Below are positions 56,161 through 64,000 of a stretch of DNA of 64,000 nt, piece after piece. Within the stretch, counting starts at the first letter, position 1. Each line of letters begins with the position of its first letter. A model generated the notes under the pieces. It ran no database searches and was not told where the DNA came from. It saw only the letters and a list, made by a program, of their open reading frames with translations. The translations under genes and the position numbers were made by a program. The DNA lies in contig CAVSMN010000007.1 in assembly GCA_963729045.1 (NCBI GenBank), positions 121,742 through 185,741 on the forward strand, written 5' to 3'. Source of the stretch: an uncultured Nitrososphaeraceae archaeon (lineage in GTDB: Archaea; Thermoproteota; Nitrososphaeria; Nitrososphaerales; Nitrososphaeraceae).

Positions 56161-56550
56161 TTAGGATGTTAGAATTACTAGCATCCTAAGCTTTAACAGC
56201 GACTCCATTGCATCAATTCCTAAAATTCCTATTGCAGTATCTTTTAGATCCATGTTATGGATTCTTTCTAGAATACCAGCCAGTACGGCATTCTTTGTCC
56301 TCACCTCATTAATACTTTCTTCAATTACTTGGTCAAGGTTCTTATCCTCCCCTATGAATGTCAATGTTGTAGCGTGAGCTTTCAATAGCTTCCTTACAGG
56401 ATCCATTACTACGAATACGCTAAGGACCTCTTTCAAATCCATGTCCGGAATTCTTTCTAAAATGGCAGTAAAAATGGGGTACTTTGTCCTCAAATCATCA
56501 CTCTGTTCCTTAACCTTCTGATGGCTAACATTTTCATTTGAAGTAGTCAT
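56161..56550 (-). CDS. hypothetical protein with internal duplication
   Basis: LRTKYPIFTAILERIPDMDLKE / VRTKNAVLAGILERIHNMDLKD. Confidence 0.7.
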   Translation of the reverse strand: MTTSNENVSHQKVKEQSDDLRTKYPIFTAILERIPDMDLKEVLSVFVVMDPVRKLLKAHATTLTFIGEDKNLDQVIEESINEVRTKNAVLAGILERIHNMDLKDTAIGILGIDAMESLLKLRMLVILTS

Positions 56551-56585
56551 AAGTCACAATCTTCAATTACATTATATAAGCTTAC

Positions 56586-56900
56586 TTAGAGCCTATCCTA
56601 AATTATCTTCCTATAAATAATTATGCAGCAGAAGAACTGTACCAATCCAAAATAGTTTTCTACCTTCTTTTCATATCTTGTGAATAGTTTCCTGAACCGG
56701 TTGTGCCATGAATTAGTTATTTCTACAACCCATCATTTTGCAGAATGTTTTTACGATGGGTATCACTCTTGTTTTCTCTTCATCGAGTTCCTCACCTCTC
56801 TTTCTTTTGTATGGTGTGAGAAGTACATAACCTCGTTTGATTATTCCTGTTCTTCTTGTATAGAATTATATCCTTTCCAAACATAGGTCTTGTCTTCTTG
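56586..56900 (-). mobile_element. IS5-family transposase 3' relic with probable terminal repeat
   Basis: Manual translation: ..KGYNS...KRGYVL..PYKRKRGE...*WVVEITNSWHNRFRKLFTRYEKKVENYFGLVQFFCCIIIYRKII; ends at ggataggctctaa. Confidence 0.82.
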
Positions 56901-57853
56901 TTCTATTCTTCCTCCTCTATCTTTTATCTTTTCTAATCATAATTCTCTAATTTTTTTGGATTATCAAAGTTGTGTTTGATAGTCTTCGAAATCATCCTAT
57001 TAAAATGTCATAATCTAAGATACAAGGGAGTATATCCAATATTGCTTTCTAGATCAGATTCTCAAACTTGTTTTGGTTTTAGTCCCACTAGCAATATTAG
57101 ATGCTTAACCATAAAAGAGTAACAAAGCAAAGTAAGCAAGAAGTCAATCTCAAATATCAAAACAGTACCAAGCAAGTAATTTCTGGTGAAGTTCTGTGTC
57201 ACCTGAAAATAACTTGAATATTCAACTAAAAGACAACAGAGGCAGTATATGATTTAGCACAATCAAACAACTAATTCCTTTTTAAACCGATAAAAGGTGA
57301 AATAATACTATTACAAAGTCTAATTACTCAAATCAGAAAGGGACGGTAGTTAATATTGTATTAAATGCAGTTCACATCTAATATGATTTACTGTTTATTT
57401 TATAGGAATATTTTTACTAATTTGCAGATAATTCTAGAAATCAGCTTCCATGTAAACTGACAAGAAAAGATCCATGTCTTGAAGTAACGTGGTTTTATCC
57501 CTTAGAGTAAGTAGCATTGTTAAAATCAAAAAATTCTATTTGTTGGAATTTGAAAACTGTTGTCCTAACTCAGTGATATGCAAATCGTGTATTCTGCTCA
57601 AGTCAAATAAATGGTTCTTATTTAGCATATTTAGCATATTCAAACAATCATGACCGTCTACACATTGTTTGAATCAATATCTAGACTGGTCCCGAATACG
57701 ACGTTTCATTATTCTGTATTTTTTTCCATCAGGGAAAGCTCATCTTAGCTTATGATACTAAAGGAAAAATAAAAATCTTTTATGCTAAGAAAGACTCTAT
57801 TTATGTAATATCGTATAATCTAGTGTCGAGTTGGGGTTTTGACTGCCTTCAAC

Positions 57854-58552
57854 TCATTTACAATATGCGGGCGTATCCACACATTTCAATTCCTGAGTTC
57901 CATAAATGGGTGAATCTCCGAAATGGTTATTTACTTTAGATGGGTCCAACCAAATACTAATAGCACTGTCACCCAGTATGGTTATATTTGTTGGTACATT
58001 AGTTATGGGTCCGTCTTTCATGGTCACAGTTGTCGTACCATTAACGTGTGTCGAGTTACTCAATGTATTGTTAATTATTGGAGTGTTCAAGGACAGGTCA
58101 TAGATGTCATGAGAATGAGAAGAATTACCATCTGTTTTTACCATATAGAATGATGCATTAAATGTTGGAGCTTCAGAACTAAGATTTTCCATCCTATATA
58201 CACCGCCCAGTATCCAAGTGGTGGTATTATCCGATGGATCATTCTGTAAGCTTGTAATCCCTCCTTTTATAACGTCAATTGAGGAACCCGTAGAATTTTG
58301 TGTTTGATTGCTTGCGATGGTGTCAATAGTTGAATCATTACTATCGTTTATGTTGTTGATAGTATCTGTAATCGATTGTTGGACTTGGCTATTTATGGCC
58401 GATTGAAGCTCTTGTTGGCTCTGTTGAATTGATTCCCCTAGCGATGATGTTGCGTAAGTAAGCGTATTTACACTTGAAATTGCTAAAATGTTGGCAAAAA
58501 TTGTCGCCATCATCGAGATAAATAAAATTGAAAAAAATTTGTTGTTTGTCAT
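57854..58552 (-). CDS. secreted HxH-motif protein (paralog of 39339-40022)
   Basis: MVKTDGNSSHSHDI, TMKDGP..NVPT, LDPS.VNNHFGDSPIYG. Confidence 0.82.
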   Translation of the reverse strand: MTNNKFFSILFISMMATIFANILAISSVNTLTYATSSLGESIQQSQQELQSAINSQVQQSITDTINNINDSNDSTIDTIASNQTQNSTGSSIDVIKGGITSLQNDPSDNTTTWILGGVYRMENLSSEAPTFNASFYMVKTDGNSSHSHDIYDLSLNTPIINNTLSNSTHVNGTTTVTMKDGPITNVPTNITILGDSAISIWLDPSKVNNHFGDSPIYGTQELKCVDTPAYCK

Positions 58553-58828
58553 AGAACTATATTATCAATATTGTTATTAAGAATTTGCAATTTATTAAAA
58601 TTGTATCCCCTGACCCGAATGTAGGTGGGAGTGCATCAGGTTAATTAAAGAAATTAGAATGGCCTACCGTAATGGAACATCGAACCTAAATTACGTATGT
58701 ATTAACCTTTAATCTGAATTAGGTTACTCCAAATTGACCCGAAACTAATAGGTAATAAAATTTTTGCAAATGATTTATTTTGAAGGGATCTGACAATGTT
58801 TTTTCATCCTTGATTTCAATTTATCTAT

Positions 58829-59032
58829 TTAGTATTTGTCCCTTGTTTCATAGTTTGGGATCATAAAAACATATTCTTTATTTACTTTTTTTATTTCTAC
58901 CCACTTACGAATAAATCCCTCCTCTGCTCTGACATTTAAGTTCCTAATATTAAGTCCCAATCTTGGAAAAGAAAATCTTGGTAAGGATCCTAACCTGACA
59001 AGACTATACAATCCAAATTTAGTCGCAAGCAC
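58829..59032 (-). CDS. hypothetical small basic protein
   Basis: 67-aa ORF divergent from alkA. Confidence 0.45.
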   Translation of the reverse strand: MLATKFGLYSLVRLGSLPRFSFPRLGLNIRNLNVRAEEGFIRKWVEIKKVNKEYVFMIPNYETRDKY

Positions 59033-59109
59033 CCACTATAAAGAGACCAAGATCTTGTTTAACCTGAATTTAACGAAAGTAAGTTGGATATCAAAGTAAA
59101 TCTTAAAAA

Positions 59110-59754
59110 ATGATCAAAAGTATTTCTACTGTAGGAATGACTAAGCCGGATCCGATAGAATTACTTTCAAAGCAGGACCTTATTCTCGGGAGATTAATTA
59201 AATCTATTGGAAATTATTCAATACAGATCCACGATAACCTTTTTGAATCTTTACTAAAATCCATAGTCTATCAGCAGCTTGCAGGCAGTGCTGCAAATGC
59301 CATATACTCCAGATTTCTACAGTATTATGGTGATACTTTACCAACTCCTGAACAGATTATTTCTACTTCAAACACCGTCTTGAGATTTACAATAGGACTG
59401 TCATTCAAGAAGATAGAATATATTAAAAATTTGGCGACGAAGATCGCTTCCGGTGAATTAAATATTCATCATTTACCCGATCTTCAAGATGAAGAAGTGA
59501 TAACTGAATTAGTTAAAGTAAAGGGTATTGGCAGATGGACTGCGGAGATGTTTCTTATCTTTTGCCTGCGGCGAGAAGATGTAATTCCCTTGGATGATTT
59601 GGGAGTAAAAAAGGCAATCCAAAAATTATATAATTTATCTGAACTGCCTACTCATGAATATATGTTGGAAGTATCTTCTAGATGGAAACCTTATAGAAGT
59701 ATCGCTACTTGGTATTTGTGGAAATCGCTATCTAAATTTGATTCTATTGGCTAG
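59110..59754 (+). CDS. alkA: DNA-3-methyladenine glycosylase (AlkA, HhH-GPD)
   Basis: IVYQQL, L..VKGIGRWTAEMFL, DLG, W.PYRS.A..YLW. Confidence 0.93.
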   Translation: MIKSISTVGMTKPDPIELLSKQDLILGRLIKSIGNYSIQIHDNLFESLLKSIVYQQLAGSAANAIYSRFLQYYGDTLPTPEQIISTSNTVLRFTIGLSFKKIEYIKNLATKIASGELNIHHLPDLQDEEVITELVKVKGIGRWTAEMFLIFCLRREDVIPLDDLGVKKAIQKLYNLSELPTHEYMLEVSSRWKPYRSIATWYLWKSLSKFDSIG

Positions 59755-60210
59755 CTATTTAGTAAATTCTTATTTGTATTGAATAAGGATCATTTGATTT
59801 TAAGTTAAGTGTTATCCAATGTGATCCCAATCGTCCTATCTGAATTGTTGGGATTGCGAACAATATACTTTTGTTTTATGATCCAACAAATCTTTACCTA
59901 ATTTAACGAATTCGAAGCATTGGGTGTGGATATTTGATGGGATTTCATAAAAATTGTACAGGTTGTTAGGGTGGTTATACCCGTGATACCTTTATTATTT
60001 TTTCCTTTATCTCATCTAACCAATTCCTATGATGTTTGATAAATATTATGGATAGTTCGTAATGCATCTGATGAATGAAATCAAGCATAAATACAGTGGG
60101 GCTTTCAAAAGATTGTAATGTCTAATTCTTTTATTACAAGGGTAATTTCAAATATTCTTACTTTAAGTAAATATTTTTAATAGTTGTTAAATAGTTTGAT
60201 ATAAATGTAA

Positions 60211-60417
60211 ATGGAAATGAATAAATCATGCGTATTCTTGATTTCTGCACTCTTAGTATCCTCGACTCTTTTTTCAATATCCGTAATTCCAAGCATGCAA
60301 GCGCAAGGTCTAACACCCGATTTACCAATGACTACAATCAATGAAACAAACTCTTCAAATAATACAGCAGAAGACATCATAGATACTCATAACATTTCCC
60401 AGACGCTTTCTCGGTGA
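60211..60417 (+). CDS. small secreted protein or N-terminal fragment
   Basis: Signal peptide ending MQA-Q; Asn/Thr-rich. Confidence 0.45.
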   Translation: MEMNKSCVFLISALLVSSTLFSISVIPSMQAQGLTPDLPMTTINETNSSNNTAEDIIDTHNISQTLSR

Positions 60418-61002
60418 TAAGTTGTAAATCTCTATATTCTGAAATTATCTGAATTTCAGCAGTCTTGATTGAGGCATCGGCGTAGTTTGCCCTAATAACA
60501 ACTGTTTTACTAGAACTAGATATTTTAATTTCTATATGTCCCAGTATTTTAAAATATGGTATATTTGACAATTTCATTTTCAAAAATAATTTCCAAAATA
60601 AAACCATTGAAATATTAGATTATACGTGCTTTGTTGAAATAGAACCCTATGTCCTCACAAGTATCAAATAATATGACTATTTTGAAATTTCCTCATTATC
60701 AAAAACTCAAAAATTGATGCTTTATGGATTCCATTTATCTGCGAACAATATTAAAAAAAGTTAGTGTGGCCAAATGGCATTTATCAATATGTTATCCAAA
60801 ACGAATCTGATTGTAATTTCAAAGGTAATTTGATATAATTGAACCTACTACTATAGTATATGAGGATTGTGAGGTTCAATTATCTGGGCGGTAAAGAACT
60901 AGATTTGCCATCATGTCTAAATAATAGTGGTAGGTCACTATTGACTATCTCTGGATGTTTGATTGCTATTTCATGCTCATTGGAATCCATTAATTATTCG
61001 CT

Positions 61003-61791
61003 ATGACTACGGAAAGAAAAGAAAATCCTATTCAGTGTTATACGTGTGGATTAGTGGATGGTTTTCCATTTAGATGCAACTACTGTAAAGAATACTTTTG
61101 TAGTAATCATAGAAATCCAATACACCATTCATGCCCTTTTTTGTATTCATACAATAAGAGAAAACAAGATACGCTTTTTAACGACAAACAATATGAAAAA
61201 TCCAATCATGCAGGTTTAAGATCCATAGGTAATTTATTGAATATAAAAACTTCAAAGACCGAACTCATTCATCTTTCATTAGCTACTGCGCTTGTAATTT
61301 GTGTAGGACTTTCCCTGAATAATTATAGATATTTCTCTTGGCAATTCCTCGCAATTTTTACTAGTGCTTTTTTAGTCCATGAATTAGCTCATAAGTTTTG
61401 GCCCGTCCTATGGTAGTTGGGCGGAATTTAGAGCGGAAATCTATGGTCTCATTCTGACGGCAATTTCGGCTCTCCCAATAATGCCATTTAAATTCATCAC
61501 TCCTGGGCAGTGATGGTAAGATTAAATGACCGATCTAAATTTGGCAGAGTTGCTCTTATTGGACCGCTTACAAATTTGGCTATGGGTTTTTCGTTTTTGG
61601 TTTTAACTTTGACTTACGATTCCTACAATCCTTACTTTGCAGTCGGTGCTTCGTTTAATGGATGGATCGCGATGTTTAATCTTATACCTATGGGAGTCTT
61701 AGATGGACAAAAGATTTTTGATTGGAATAAATTGGTATGGGGCGCTGCTATGGCAGCTGCTATGGCTCTTTTTATTATTGGATATCTTTAG
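61003..61791 (+). CDS. AN1-type zinc finger plus M50 (site-2) metalloprotease (frameshifts near 61400 and 61507)
   Basis: C..C...PF.C.YC...FC..H..P..H.C; HELAH; bridging frame YGSWAEFRA...FITPG; GP..N, FNLIP...LDG. Confidence 0.85.
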
Positions 61792-62062
61792 CAGTGGATT
61801 TAGTCCAATCTTTATCAAATTATTCTTTTTGTAAGAACAAGAATTGGAAATGACTCTTAAAATGGAACATCTTCTTACACTATTTCTCCTTTCATGAACT
61901 TATCTTTACCTTATACTCAAAATAGTTAACAGAGTTTTTTTCTTTGCCGATAGTCCCAGTTATTAGCAATCAATTATTCTTCACCATTTTTGTTAAAGGC
62001 TACACAACCTTGTCTAAGATAAAATCATCGATGTGACTTTTCAACTAGTTTTGAAAACGAGT

Positions 62063-62385
62063 TTTATCTATTAAACCAGTAATCGAATGGAATATACCAG
62101 ATCGCATCTGCTTTTGGTGGTTTTCTAGAATATTCTGCCTTTAAAAACAATAGATAAATATTCAAACCCATCCCTGCAGAATTACCCAATATCAATACAA
62201 TATCGTTTTTCCCAATTCTATATACCACCCATAATCAGAGACCGATAACCATGATTAGGATGAACTTGATTGACAAGTCATCAAAATTTTGGAGGTTATT
62301 GTTTTTATTATATGAGGCAAAGTGCTAAATACCGCAATAAAAGTACTATAAAACCGATAAATGTAAGCAAAAGATCAACTACAAT
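62063..62385 (-). pseudogene. SemiSWEET/PQ-loop transporter relic
   Basis: DLLLTFIGFI / FSTLPHIIKTITSK / DDLSIKFILIMVIGL*LWVVYRIGKNDIVLILGN...NIYLLFLKAEY. Confidence 0.65.
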
Positions 62386-62564
62386 GAATTATGAAGGAAT
62401 ACTTGACATTCATACCAGCCTACTAGATTTTAACCTTGATACAATTAGTTGCCATTTTGGAATCTCCATTATCTCAATGGGATATCTTATGTTAAAAAAC
62501 TCTAAATGCTCAAGTCATAAATTAATATTTTAATATATAGAAAAAAGATTTTTTTCAAATTATT

Positions 62565-62965
62565 TCAGATTGCTTCTCCTGCTACTTGAATTATTTGTCT
62601 CATTCGAATCGGTTTTTGCATAAATTTTTCAATATATTTATTATCTAAAAGTTCATTTTTTAAGTTGGTTCATCCAAATTATATGCGGAAATTAGGATTA
62701 TTTTAATTCCATTCATTTTCTTGATCATATTTGCTAGCTCATCGCCTAACATATCACCTAATTTGTAATCCAGGAAAAGGAGATCCATTGGTGATCCCTT
62801 TGCTTTTTTCTCAAGGTATTCTTGTATACATTCTGCGCCTGAACAAACTTTTATGACGTCGTATTTCAATTCCAACACCCTAGAATAAAGGTCAAGTAAT
62901 TCCTGTTCATCTTCACAAATCATTACCACCTTTCTATTCCGGATAACCGAATTGGAAGAATGCAT
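62565..62965 (-). CDS. stand-alone response-regulator receiver (frameshift near 62660)
   Basis: ICEDE, LFLDY.L.D..G, ISA; the shifted frame supplies FMQKP. Confidence 0.85.
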
Positions 62966-63522
62966 CTATTCATAGTTATTTTTCTAATTAATAAATTTTG
63001 ACTCAAACATTCTGATACCACTATAAAGGTCATGACTCTAATTCTATCCAAAACCACCTATGAATCCTCAATCATCATATTTTGCAATCAATTACATATT
63101 GGTTTGAAATGTTGTCGGTGTAACGAAAGATTACCTTATATATTGTTAATCTTGTCCACCTTAATAAATAGAGATTCCTTGAACCTGAAAAGCTAGTCGG
63201 ACATGCAATATCATATTGATTCTATAAATAGGATAATTGAGGACCCAAAGTTTAGAACAGAGGTCACTTGTTGGATTTAGGTATTTTGTAATTTTCTTCT
63301 GTTGATGACCCATTTCCTCATCTTGCCCCAACCAGGCATGAGGCATTTATCTCTAAAAGGTAATGAATTAATGGAGTGATTTGGGATTAATTTGGAACTA
63401 ACGACACCTTCAGACCGTATCAGATAGAAAAGCTTAACTAAGCTATTCGTAATAGGAACCATGATGAAAAATTTAATTGTAATAGTTAAATGTTCAGAAG
63501 ATTTCGGAGATGACACTAACTA

Positions 63523-63822
63523 GTGTTAAGGATTTACACGATCATAGCAATCCTAGGCATAATTGGAACCATGGGTGTTACCGATGCCATGGTTACATAT
63601 GCTAGTAGTGATGATGATGATGATGATGAAAATAATAGAGATCCGTTGAATGAGGCATGTTATAGGTCAGGCTTTAATGATGCGGAACAAAGTAAACCAT
63701 ACAACCAAACTGCATTTAGTCAATGTGGAGTTAATGATAGAGCATATTATGAAGGATTCATTTCAGGATGTATAGTAGAACAGGGTATGGAATATTTCGC
63801 ATGTAACCAAATAGCCAAATAA
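63523..63822 (+). CDS. small secreted Cys-containing protein with poly-Asp tract
   Basis: Signal peptide, (GAT)6 run, CY.SG..D and AYYEGF..GC. Confidence 0.7.
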   Translation: MLRIYTIIAILGIIGTMGVTDAMVTYASSDDDDDDENNRDPLNEACYRSGFNDAEQSKPYNQTAFSQCGVNDRAYYEGFISGCIVEQGMEYFACNQIAK

Positions 63823-64000
63823 TATTTCAGAAAAAAATAAACAATTGTATTCTATCCTTAATTTATTTTTATTTTTTTTTGAATCAATGCTTGGATATAA
63901 ATCAAGTTTATGAAATATTTGAATAGTAATTTGATTTTTGAGAGCATTATGATTGAAAGGTTTTTTTGTGGATTCAACCAGCCCGCCTACCAACAGGACG

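Overview
This is AT-rich archaeal chromosomal DNA. Gene content points to a soil-type ammonia-oxidising archaeon (Nitrososphaeraceae, Nitrosocosmicus-like); this is inferred, not database-checked. Housekeeping genes (nnrE, hjc, translin, geranylgeranyl reductase, corA, hflX, ard1, nfo, glyS, alkA, hsp20, ABC1 kinase, tRNA-Ser(GGA) with an intron, tRNA-Ala(GGC)) alternate with accessory, partly decayed regions. The top candidate for a new system is a TetR-linked polytopic membrane protein (11272-12435). It has two D-x3-H-x12-H motifs 70 residues apart, matching the CuC/CuD copper sites of AmoC/PmoC, and a palindromic operator upstream. Other highlights: a ferritin-like domain apparently fused to a class III adenylate cyclase; a patatin divergent from a 22-mer amphipathic-repeat (phasin/apolipoprotein-like) gene; a decayed integrase element at tRNA-Ser with unusually long (~195 bp) direct repeats; a high-GC bacterial-type non-heme haloperoxidase; two DUF2382 genes with coding VNTRs; IS5, TMEM175 and SemiSWEET relics; and micro-ORFs missed by the ORF track. 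At least nine otherwise intact genes carry small indels, probably assembly errors. No CRISPR array or rRNA was seen.
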